Assembly: GCA_002773725.1 (NCBI GenBank)
Contig: PFAH01000002.1
Location: 59,590 to 123,589 of the forward strand
Reading direction: 5' to 3'
DNA length: 64,000 nt
DNA from: Candidatus Colwellbacteria bacterium CG10_big_fil_rev_8_21_14_0_10_42_22
GTDB taxonomy: Bacteria > Patescibacteriota > Minisyncoccia > UBA6257 > Colwellbacteraceae
The notes beneath the pieces were generated by a model, which ran no database searches, was not told the origin of the DNA, and was given only the letters and a program-made list of their open reading frames with translations. This document shows positions 45,543-54,169 of the stretch, in pieces; within the stretch, counting starts at the first letter, position 1, and every line of letters starts with the position of its first letter. A program made the translations under genes and the position numbers.

Positions 45543-46754
45543 TTAACTCGACTGAGGAGAAATCTCATAGAGCTCTTCTACATATCCTTTTCGCAACCAA
45601 AACGGAAAGCGATACACCCTCTTAAATCCGCCCACCTTTTCTATCACTTCGGGCACTACCAAGTTTCGACCTTCCGATCCCGGGAAAAGTGGTGCTTGGT
45701 GCTCATTATTAATGCTCAGGAAATACTTTGTAGCTTTCCTTATATCTCTTAAATATCGCTCAATCACACCTCTTTCTATTTCGGGAAAAGAGTCTTGGTT
45801 CAAAACCAATCCGTATTTCTTCTGCGGAAACAGCCAGTATGGTAAAACACGAATCACATCCTCCCGATTAGGCTCTCCATATAAGGTAATGGCTTGTCCA
45901 GGCAACGACTTAATGAGATGCCATGCAGTCATGGCGTTCATAATCGGAAGATCAAACAAAGAATAATCTTTAAATCCAAATCTTGATGTATAAATCGCAA
46001 CCTTCCCGAGACCACCTCCTATCTCAGCAATCGAGATACCCTCTTCAATATTTTTGTTGATTCTCCAAGCGGCATATAACGACCACATATCCCTGTAATC
46101 CAAGAATCCCTCTCTAAATTTCAATTTAAATAATCCCCCTTCAACGGGGGGGAGAAAAATTTCTATACCCATATATTTACTAATCTTCTCGGCAAGCATA
46201 TCCGAATCTATATACATGTTCTTTTTTTCAACATAGGGCACAACCGCCTCAAAAGGCAGAATCCCAAGCGACTCAGCCAAGGAAACCAAGATGTCTTTCA
46301 TCCATGTGAGTTCTTTATCCCTTAAAAAAGAGCTCCTCTTCAGCCTTCTATTCTCTACAACGCTCCCCGAAATCCCATAGGTTGATTTCCGACGATGCAT
46401 GTTTGCAAAATAATAAGCAAGACCTAAAGAATCTCTAGAATGCAAAAGGTCTAGAAGCTCCCCGTAATAGACTTCGTGATTATTATCCCAAGCATCAATA
46501 TAACTCTTACTAGCACCCTCTTCATCTGCAATCGCTCGATGAAATGCGGCTATGATTCTTTCGGCTATTGCCTCATCGCCGTCGCCCACTAAAATGCTAA
46601 TCTCCTCCAGCTCACCCGGTGGCACACCGTGGGGCAATTCATGAAAAAAATAATTAGTATCATATCGTGCGGTCGCACGCATCCAAATCTTTCTTACCAA
46701 AAGCCTGCCCCCCCCTTCTTCAATTATTGATTTAAATCTTTTATATGTCCTCAT
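45543..46754 (-). CDS. Putative SAM-dependent (sugar O-)methyltransferase
   Basis: 403 aa with ...ISIAEIGGGLGKVAIYTSRFG... (motif I-like ExGxGxG). The remainder is unrecognised; the assignment is by context and motif only. Confidence 0.4.
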   Translation of the reverse strand: MRTYKRFKSIIEEGGGRLLVRKIWMRATARYDTNYFFHELPHGVPPGELEEISILVGDGDEAIAERIIAAFHRAIADEEGASKSYIDAWDNNHEVYYGELLDLLHSRDSLGLAYYFANMHRRKSTYGISGSVVENRRLKRSSFLRDKELTWMKDILVSLAESLGILPFEAVVPYVEKKNMYIDSDMLAEKISKYMGIEIFLPPVEGGLFKLKFREGFLDYRDMWSLYAAWRINKNIEEGISIAEIGGGLGKVAIYTSRFGFKDYSLFDLPIMNAMTAWHLIKSLPGQAITLYGEPNREDVIRVLPYWLFPQKKYGLVLNQDSFPEIERGVIERYLRDIRKATKYFLSINNEHQAPLFPGSEGRNLVVPEVIEKVGGFKRVYRFPFWLRKGYVEELYEISPQSS

Positions 46755-46777
46755 GAGAACAAATGATAATCTGTTAG

Positions 46778-47866
46778 TTATAGCGGCTTGCCCATCATCT
46801 TAAAGATATCCTCAAAGCGCTGTTTGGTAGAATGTTCGCGTATAGTGCGCTCGTATCCAGCCTTGGCAATTGCTTCACGTTCTTCGTCGTGCATTAAATA
46901 ATATTTGATTTTTTCTACTAAGTCCTCTTTATTCTCGTACACAACAATCTCTTCCCTTAGTTTGTAATAATCTCTCATATCATCTGCATCTTGAGTCATC
47001 TCCAATGTTCCACACGCCGGTACTTCAAAATGGCGCGATTTAACCTGGGCATTTCTTTTCATGAACCACGAACGTATGTTGTCAAAGAAATTGTGAATAT
47101 CCAGCTTGATGGGTAGGCCTCCCTCCCCAAAATATGCCCTACGGAAAAATAAGCGCACTATCGGACGCCAACCGAAATAAAACGCCGGCGTATTTAAAGA
47201 AAGGGCTATCTTGCTTCGATTAATAATCCTGATTAGCTCTTCTTGGCTAACTGGTCCCTCGGGCCAACCCACACCGCGAACAAACACATCGATACCCTGT
47301 TTTCGCAGATAATGGATGAGTTGTTCTCTTGGTTTAGACCAAAGGCCAACAAAACTGACATCGATATCTTTTTTGGCATTCTCCAACTTGTGATACGTTT
47401 CTAAATCTACACCGGGCTGATGATGAATGATGTTCTTGCATCCAATGCTTTTATACTTCTTTATCGCCCGACCATCATAAGTGAGAATCCAATTAAAACA
47501 ATCTGCAAAATGGCGACTTACTCGCTCCCAACGCCAAGTATCGTCGTCCCCAATATAAACAAGTTCTGTGGAGGTCTCGTTTTTTACCCTACAATAAACT
47601 TTTTTACCAAGATCATATTCATTGAACCCCGCTAGACATACATCTGGTTTTTTAGTCATAATGTATTCCCAAAACATTTTTCGGGCTCCCTCAATCCCCT
47701 TAGTCATAATGGCTTCGTCGATATAAAAGATGTCTGCCGAGTGCCCATGCTCTTCCGCAACAGCTTTAAGAGGTAGATATTCCAAATAGTAGCTCGTAGA
47801 ACGTCTCCCTAGATTATTCCAGCCCCTATCGTATTCGTACTTATAATTGACTAATAATATTTTCAC
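46778..47866 (-). CDS. CgeB-like glycosyltransferase (GT1-fold; DUF3880 + Glyco_trans_1_2-like), paralog of 49576-50619
   Basis: Shares long blocks with 49576-50619 (e.g. ...DVSFVG...VFVRG.GW.EG..S..E...I...SKIALSLN...FE..A.G......D..DM..Y......EIV.Y....DL..KIKYYL.H.EER.AIAKAGYER...EH). Confidence 0.6.
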   Translation of the reverse strand: MKILLVNYKYEYDRGWNNLGRRSTSYYLEYLPLKAVAEEHGHSADIFYIDEAIMTKGIEGARKMFWEYIMTKKPDVCLAGFNEYDLGKKVYCRVKNETSTELVYIGDDDTWRWERVSRHFADCFNWILTYDGRAIKKYKSIGCKNIIHHQPGVDLETYHKLENAKKDIDVSFVGLWSKPREQLIHYLRKQGIDVFVRGVGWPEGPVSQEELIRIINRSKIALSLNTPAFYFGWRPIVRLFFRRAYFGEGGLPIKLDIHNFFDNIRSWFMKRNAQVKSRHFEVPACGTLEMTQDADDMRDYYKLREEIVVYENKEDLVEKIKYYLMHDEEREAIAKAGYERTIREHSTKQRFEDIFKMMGKPL

Positions 47867-48408
47867 TCTGTGTTTATGTATTTCTCATCAGCGTCACGCG
47901 AAGATAAAATCGGATTTTCTACCGGCCAATCGATGCCAAACTCGGGGTCGTCCCACTTATACCTAAATTGTCCATCAGGATTGTAGTGTGAAGATTGTTT
48001 GTATTGGAAGATAACCTTATCGGTTAGGGCTAGATATCCATTGCCATACATCGGCGGTACTAAAATTTTCCAGCGATTTTCTTCATTCAAGTCAAATGAT
48101 TCCCATCTTCCAAACCCAGAGGACTCTTTGTTACAGTTAACCACCACAAAGAAAACTTTTCCGTGAACACATGAAACTAACTTCCATGTTTTATCGTCTC
48201 CATGGATACCGCGGAGCACATTCTTCTTAGAAACGGAAATGTCGTCTTCAACAAAATGGATTTTAATATCGTGGTCTTTATACTTTGACTCGTTATAGGT
48301 CTCAAAAAAAGACCCACGCAGATCCTCAAAAAACTCACCTCTACCATCAATGACTAGTTCAGGTTTAACAAGCAATACTCCCTCGAGAGACGTTTTTTCC
48401 ACTTTCAT
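47863..48408 (-). CDS. dTDP/NDP-sugar 3,5-epimerase-like cupin (RmlC family)
   Basis: ...LEGVLLVKPELVIDGRGEFFE...LRGIHGD...KLVSCVHGKVFFVVVN... is the RmlC-type beta-jellyroll. Confidence 0.65.
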   Translation of the reverse strand: MKVEKTSLEGVLLVKPELVIDGRGEFFEDLRGSFFETYNESKYKDHDIKIHFVEDDISVSKKNVLRGIHGDDKTWKLVSCVHGKVFFVVVNCNKESSGFGRWESFDLNEENRWKILVPPMYGNGYLALTDKVIFQYKQSSHYNPDGQFRYKWDDPEFGIDWPVENPILSSRDADEKYINTE

Positions 48409-48410
48409 AT

Positions 48411-48995
48411 CTATTCAAAAATTGTAGGCTTAAAAAGGCCTATCTCTACGAGTTCGCACATAATATGTCCAACAGCAATGTGCGCTTCTTGAATGTGTCC
48501 CGTAACATTCGAGGGGATATTTAATAAGATATCTACTTTATCTTTTAATTCTCCTCCACTCTCACCAGTAAATCCAATTGTTTTTGCACCCATCTCTCTT
48601 GCTTTAAGAATGCCTCGAATAACATTTCCTGCGTTACCACTTGTGCTAATCCCAATTACAACATCACCGGGACGAACAACCCCTTCTACTTGTCTCTCAA
48701 AAAGAGAATGATAATAATAGTCGTTTGAAAGCGCTGTCATAATTGATACGTTTGTATTCAATGCAACCGCGGGCAAGCTTTTTCTTTCCATTGTGTATCT
48801 ACCAATCAGTTCTCCAGCGATATGTTGAGCATCAGCTGCTGAACCTCCATTTCCAAACAGAACCAACTGGCCATTGTTTTTATAGCAATCGATAACGGCA
48901 TTAGCTATTTCAACAATAGTATCTGCGTGAACATCTACAACCTTAGTCATAACATCAACGTGGTTGCGTAGATAGTTTTCGGTTGTTTTCTTCAT
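48411..48995 (-). CDS. gmhA: Phosphoheptose (sedoheptulose-7-phosphate) isomerase
   Basis: SIS domain: ...NNGQLVLFGNGGSAADAQHIAGELIGRY...VVIGISTSGNAGNV.... Confidence 0.8.
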   Translation of the reverse strand: MKKTTENYLRNHVDVMTKVVDVHADTIVEIANAVIDCYKNNGQLVLFGNGGSAADAQHIAGELIGRYTMERKSLPAVALNTNVSIMTALSNDYYYHSLFERQVEGVVRPGDVVIGISTSGNAGNVIRGILKAREMGAKTIGFTGESGGELKDKVDILLNIPSNVTGHIQEAHIAVGHIMCELVEIGLFKPTIFE

Positions 48996-49066
48996 ACAGT
49001 CATTAAGTTACAAATTAACCCTTTTGACGTCAATACTTTGGGGCTTTCTTTAACTCTACGGTTTAT

Positions 49067-49576
49067 TTATTTAAACCCTCCTTGCTCCAGCAGGTCACAC
49101 CTATTTTTTAGGTGTGGGGGTATAAACCCCGCTTTTTCTAAACAATGCCTAACGTAGGGGTGCCAATTTTTGTTTATCTTTTCAAACCACTTAATTTCGG
49201 AAAAGTCGGATATACCAGATTTTTCAAAATTCATGTCTGGTTTTTTGATCAGCTTTACTAAGTAGGCCGCATTAACCGTGTGTCTCACATATCCTCCTTT
49301 AGAATTCTTGAAGATAGTTTCTTCCGTTAATAAAAACTTGGGCTCACGATATCCTGTCCTAAGGCCTAGGTCGTCTTTAAGCTTTCTCTCGGTAGCATCT
49401 AAGAGTTTTTCCCCGATTAAAACCCTTCCTCCGGGTGGCCACCATTTCCCCGCCTCTGGTTCAATTCTACGTTTCCCTAAAAGAAACTTTCCATTGTAAA
49501 CGACTATAAGATCAACACATGGAAGGGGAACAAGCGTAACAATCTTTTTATAAAGTTTCTCTGGAATTAACTTCAT
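49067..49576 (-). CDS. NUDIX-family hydrolase (variant Nudix box; GDP-sugar hydrolase-like)
   Basis: ...PGGRVLIGEKLLDATERKLKDDLGL... approximates GX5EX7REUXEEXGU. Confidence 0.5.
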   Translation of the reverse strand: MKLIPEKLYKKIVTLVPLPCVDLIVVYNGKFLLGKRRIEPEAGKWWPPGGRVLIGEKLLDATERKLKDDLGLRTGYREPKFLLTEETIFKNSKGGYVRHTVNAAYLVKLIKKPDMNFEKSGISDFSEIKWFEKINKNWHPYVRHCLEKAGFIPPHLKNRCDLLEQGGFK

Positions 49577-50619
49577 TATTTTAAACCGAGTTCCTCAAAT
49601 ATCTTTTCGAGTCGTGCTTGATATGTGTGCTCTTTTAATGCGCGCTCATATCCTGCTTTTGCAATTGCCCTTCTCTCTTCTTCGTGCTCTAAATAATATT
49701 TAATCTTCTTGATTAGATCTTTCGTGTCTTTATAAATGACTATTTCTTTGTCTGGCTCAAAATAACTTTCCATATCGTCGGCATCGCCCGTAATACAAAA
49801 TCCACCCGAACCGGTGATTTCAAACGGTCGTGCTTTAATTTGCGGAATTTTTTTCTGGAAATAGGAACGTATGTTCGGATAGATATGCAAAAAATCTGGT
49901 ACGATCAAATTTCTACGTCTTCTGAAAAAGATTTGAGCGAATGGCTTAAGGGCTAGTGCAGACATAGGTGGGTTTAAGTTCAGATTAATCTTGCTACGAG
50001 AAAATATATCAAGCATCTCAGTAAAACTTGCCCTTCCTTCAGACCATTTATAGCCACGCACAAATACATTAATATCTGCCTTCCGCAATTTATCAATTAT
50101 TTTTTTTCTATGAGACGTTTGCATGCCTACGAAAGAAACTCCTATGTTATGATTTGGAACAACAACTGACTTATAAAGTCCCGGATTAAAACCCCATTGA
50201 GAGCGAATCACGTTCGTAATGCCATATTTTGCGTAACGTTTTTTTGCCTTAGACCAAGTGGTAATTACTTTTGTAAAATGTGGTGCCCAGAATCTAGAAT
50301 AATTATCCAATCGCCAATGGTCATCAGAGAACCAAGCGACACTTGTGGTTAGTTTCTTAATTTCGTCGAGCGTTTCGGGTTCTAATTCATCCGTATACAT
50401 AAAAGCCCAAAAAAGGTCGGGTTTTTCACTCCTTACCGTATCTAAAAGCTCTTGATTATAAGCTCGCTTACCTACTTTAAGTGCCCTATCAAATGGAATA
50501 TATATAACTTCGTTCTTCGGATTACTTTTTAATAATAAATAAAAGTTGTTGTGCTCATTGGTTTTGCCAAGTTCGGGACGATAACGCTCATTCTCTAGTC
50601 CCGTAAATAGAATTTTCAT
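49576..50619 (-). CDS. CgeB-like glycosyltransferase, paralog of 46778-47866
   Basis: See 46778-47866; ...KIKYYLEHEEERRAIAKAGYERALKEH.... Confidence 0.6.
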   Translation of the reverse strand: MKILFTGLENERYRPELGKTNEHNNFYLLLKSNPKNEVIYIPFDRALKVGKRAYNQELLDTVRSEKPDLFWAFMYTDELEPETLDEIKKLTTSVAWFSDDHWRLDNYSRFWAPHFTKVITTWSKAKKRYAKYGITNVIRSQWGFNPGLYKSVVVPNHNIGVSFVGMQTSHRKKIIDKLRKADINVFVRGYKWSEGRASFTEMLDIFSRSKINLNLNPPMSALALKPFAQIFFRRRRNLIVPDFLHIYPNIRSYFQKKIPQIKARPFEITGSGGFCITGDADDMESYFEPDKEIVIYKDTKDLIKKIKYYLEHEEERRAIAKAGYERALKEHTYQARLEKIFEELGLK

Positions 50620-51626
50620 TAAGATTTATATTCTTTGCCCTCTTTCTCGCGTGCATCTTTGACTTGTTTTTCTATCCACCTATAAGTCTCTTCGAGTCCT
50701 TCGCGTAATGGTTTAGATGGAGCCCAATTCAAATGATGTTTAATAAGGTCATTGTGAGAATTTCTACCACGCACACCTAAGGGGCCCTCTATGTGTTTCT
50801 TTTTTATCTTTTTACCAGCAATCTCTGCAACCATATCAGCTAATTGATTGATGCTCACCATTTCTTCAGAACCGATATTAACGGGCCCACTGAAATTCGG
50901 ATGTTTCATTAATTTGCCAATCCCATCTAAACATTCGTCTATATATAGAAAAGAGCGGGTCTGTCCACCGTCTCCCCAAATTTCTATTTCGTCACCATCT
51001 TCTACTTCAGCAATTTTTCTACAAATTGCGGCTGGCGCCTTATCTCTCCCCCCCCTCCAAGCTCCATCCGGACCAAAAATATTGTGAAATCTTGCAATTC
51101 TAACATCTAATCCATAATTACGATTAAAAGATAAGTACATTCTCTCACTAAAAAGCTTTTCCCAACCATATTCACTATCTGGATAGGCAGGATAGGCGGT
51201 ATGCTCAGCCGTGTGCGGGGTTTCTGCGTTTTCTTGATTGTATTTTGGGTAAATGCATGCAGACGAAGAATAAAAGATTCTGCCCACCTTACGTTCTTGC
51301 GCCAAAGTAAGAAGGTTTAAGTTTATAAGAGCGGAGTTGTGCATTATATTCGCATCGTTATCCCCCGTAAAAACATAGCCCGCCCCACCCATATCGGCTG
51401 CCAGCTGGTAAACCTCGTCAAATGGTCTGTCTAAAACAGCGTTCCAAACGGCCGGATCCCTAAGGTCTCCGATAATAAAATCGTCTGCAACGGTTTTCGA
51501 AAACTCTGGATATTTCAGATCAACGCCTCGCACCCAATAACCATCGTTTTTCAAGCGCTTGACTAAGTGTGAACCTATAAATCCACCCGCCCCAGCCACA
51601 ACTGCTGTTTTTTCATTTGAATTCAT
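50619..51626 (-). CDS. NAD-dependent nucleotide-sugar epimerase/dehydratase (extended SDR)
   Basis: AVVAGAGGFIGSHLVKRLKNDGYWVRGVD... Confidence 0.8.
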   Translation of the reverse strand: MNSNEKTAVVAGAGGFIGSHLVKRLKNDGYWVRGVDLKYPEFSKTVADDFIIGDLRDPAVWNAVLDRPFDEVYQLAADMGGAGYVFTGDNDANIMHNSALINLNLLTLAQERKVGRIFYSSSACIYPKYNQENAETPHTAEHTAYPAYPDSEYGWEKLFSERMYLSFNRNYGLDVRIARFHNIFGPDGAWRGGRDKAPAAICRKIAEVEDGDEIEIWGDGGQTRSFLYIDECLDGIGKLMKHPNFSGPVNIGSEEMVSINQLADMVAEIAGKKIKKKHIEGPLGVRGRNSHNDLIKHHLNWAPSKPLREGLEETYRWIEKQVKDAREKEGKEYKS

Positions 51627-51648
51627 AGTGTGTATCTATTTATTTATA

Positions 51649-51900
51649 TTATTCAATGTTCTTTTTCAAGGACTTTGTGTCCGACTCTTTTATAAATATT
51701 TTCATCAAAATAGTGTTGCCTATTACCATCACCGTAAACATAGGCACGGCAACTATTAATTTTCCCGTAAAGATAATACTGACAATAAACCCCCAAACCA
51801 AAGTTGCTATTCGCGTTTTCCAAAATGAACTCATTCTTTTGTTTCTTTCTTTGAGCTTTCTAAGGTTAGAGGTTAATTCCAGAAAAGCCAAACTCATCAA
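51649..51900 (-). CDS. Possible small membrane protein
   Basis: 83 aa, ...RIATLVWGFIVSIIFTGKLIVAVPMFTVMVIGNTILM... It overlaps the neighbouring gene end by 35 nt, so it is low confidence. Confidence 0.25.
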   Translation of the reverse strand: MMSLAFLELTSNLRKLKERNKRMSSFWKTRIATLVWGFIVSIIFTGKLIVAVPMFTVMVIGNTILMKIFIKESDTKSLKKNIE

Positions 51901-54109
51901 ATTTAATTAGACCATTTTTTAGATTATCTACGTCCGAGTCCTGAATCTCTAGAATTAATCTATCCTCAAACTGCTTTGATTGAATATCTAATAAAAGCTC
52001 TTCTATTTTGATTGCGCGCACTAATGTCTTGCGGAAATCAATTAAGTTTTTTTCTTTATAAAAGTATTTGAGGTATCTTTCTCCAATTTTCCTGTAAAAA
52101 ATTAAATATTTTCCTCTAAAAGGAATCTCGTTTTCCAAAAAAAGTTTTTCTATCTTTTCATTTGTTTGATATTCGCCATTCCAATCTATTGGACCTAAAA
52201 GAGCTGTTTCATAAAGCCCGCCCACCATAGAGTTGGGTTCTAGGGCAATTAATTCTCTGGTTGTCTTTTTGACTTCATCTAATTTGCCCTGACTAATTAA
52301 ATTTTGGGCGAGATTATAGTATAAATCTTGCCTACCCGGGGCTAAATCAATGGCTGTACGCAATTTTTCTTCTCCGACCTTGATATAATCTAACCTGTTT
52401 TGTAAGTCGCCAACGCTCTCGTAAAAATAACTCATCTCCAATAAGTGTCGTGGCTCTGCTGGCTCATTTAATATAACTTCTTCCATTAGTTTAATGGATT
52501 TGTTTATAAGGAGAGAGGCCTTGGGATTGTTGAGATTGGCAGTGGCAAAAGAAAATACCTTTGATCTAATTTCCGCTTGAGCATAATTATAAGGTAGGGT
52601 TATTCTATCTATATCCACCGTAACTCCTGTCAGATCTTTAGCTAGCAAGTGCTGAATAAACACCTTCATCTGGAAAGCTGGAATAGCGCTGTTATAGATA
52701 AAGAAAGTTATAAACAATAATGCGAAAGAGGCAAATAAATATTTTATTAGCAAAATACGTCTAGGCGAATCGAACATTGTGGGTTTATCAGATTTATTCA
52801 AATAGATAACAAAACCCAAGAACATAAATAGAGGCACGAACGTAGATACTTGATCAAATAGAAATAAATTTTGGACAAAATAGGCAGTAGCAAAAAACAA
52901 AACCGCTGTATTGATTAGTATTTTTCGCGCAACCAGTTTTTCATCGTTCTCTTGAATTTTCTTAAATGCAGAACGAAAAACGAAAAACCATATACTCATA
53001 AAAGCGACTAAACCAAACAAGCCGTGCATGGTTATCACGTCAATTAATCTGTTGTGAGCTCTGTCAAACCAAAGAGTTTCATATTTCTGAAAAGATGGAT
53101 CAAAATATTTGTTGAAAGCTATATTGAAATTATCTGGACCCCAACCAAAAAATGTCCTACCCCATCCTTCATTACTAGGCCTGATTGAATTTAAACTAAT
53201 CTTGGCAGATATAAGGCGAGATTGAACAGTGCTATCCTCAAAAGATATCTCCGACAACCTATCAAATCCAGGCACCCTATCCCAAACAGGGCTTCTGAGA
53301 GTAAGTCCGAAAATGGATATAAAAATAGCTGTTAGAATAAGTATTTCAATTGATAGGTTACGCATTCTAACGCCTCGAAACTTAACTTTCCCGGCCCTTT
53401 TCGCAAGGTATATAGAAGCAACGATTATGCCAGCGAATATGCCCACAAAAGATCCTCTAGTATTGGCAACCGCCAAACCAGCAATGACAAAAAGCATTGT
53501 TAGATAGACGGCGTAGCGCCAATAGCGCCTATCTTCATAAGCAAGGATCACAAGCCCCGCAAAAATCACAAATATAAGATACGTAGCTATAAAGGCGGGG
53601 TTTCCAACGAAAGAACCGTTCGGACGCCAACCCGTAACAATAAACATTGTTACGGCGTCTAGAGCTACCAGCAATCCAGTAAATACAGACAAAGCCATAA
53701 AAATAAGCCAATCCTTTTTTTCAAAAACTAATAAGGTTCCAATTAATAGGGCTAATAAAACCACTAGGTTCGTATACCCTTCGCCCCTTTCTATTGTGCC
53801 AAAAATAGCCCTGGTTATATTTGGAGCCGTCAAGGTGCTTACAAAAGCTAGTCCGATATAAGCAAAAACGCTTAGAAAAATATAATCTTTAAATAATCCG
53901 AAGTTAATTTTTTCTAAAAAGTTTTTTCCTTTCTTGCTAAATACAAGAAAAGTTAAAATCATCCAGAACAAAGCAACTATTAATCTCAAATATAATGTTT
54001 TTCCGAATATAAAAGGAAAAAGCGTATTTTGAGTGACTATAAGAGGAGTCAATGCTAGTGATATAAGTAACAGCTTTGCCAATTTTGTTATGCTTAGTGT
54101 CTTTGTCAT
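51866..54109 (-). CDS. O-antigen-ligase-like polytopic membrane protein with a long C-terminal soluble (TPR-like) domain; paralog 1 of 3
   Basis: 747 aa, about 12 TM segments, ...FFGWGPDNFNIAFNKYFDPSFQKYETLWFDRAHNRLIDVITMHGLFGL... (Wzy_C-like RAHN block), helical-repeat C-terminus. Confidence 0.6.
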   Translation of the reverse strand: MTKTLSITKLAKLLLISLALTPLIVTQNTLFPFIFGKTLYLRLIVALFWMILTFLVFSKKGKNFLEKINFGLFKDYIFLSVFAYIGLAFVSTLTAPNITRAIFGTIERGEGYTNLVVLLALLIGTLLVFEKKDWLIFMALSVFTGLLVALDAVTMFIVTGWRPNGSFVGNPAFIATYLIFVIFAGLVILAYEDRRYWRYAVYLTMLFVIAGLAVANTRGSFVGIFAGIIVASIYLAKRAGKVKFRGVRMRNLSIEILILTAIFISIFGLTLRSPVWDRVPGFDRLSEISFEDSTVQSRLISAKISLNSIRPSNEGWGRTFFGWGPDNFNIAFNKYFDPSFQKYETLWFDRAHNRLIDVITMHGLFGLVAFMSIWFFVFRSAFKKIQENDEKLVARKILINTAVLFFATAYFVQNLFLFDQVSTFVPLFMFLGFVIYLNKSDKPTMFDSPRRILLIKYLFASFALLFITFFIYNSAIPAFQMKVFIQHLLAKDLTGVTVDIDRITLPYNYAQAEIRSKVFSFATANLNNPKASLLINKSIKLMEEVILNEPAEPRHLLEMSYFYESVGDLQNRLDYIKVGEEKLRTAIDLAPGRQDLYYNLAQNLISQGKLDEVKKTTRELIALEPNSMVGGLYETALLGPIDWNGEYQTNEKIEKLFLENEIPFRGKYLIFYRKIGERYLKYFYKEKNLIDFRKTLVRAIKIEELLLDIQSKQFEDRLILEIQDSDVDNLKNGLIKFDEFGFSGINL

Positions 54110-54169
54110 ACTAAAGATAAAGAAGTTTGCTGTTCGTGAATCATAATTATTAAAAGTTCAAGCAACTAA

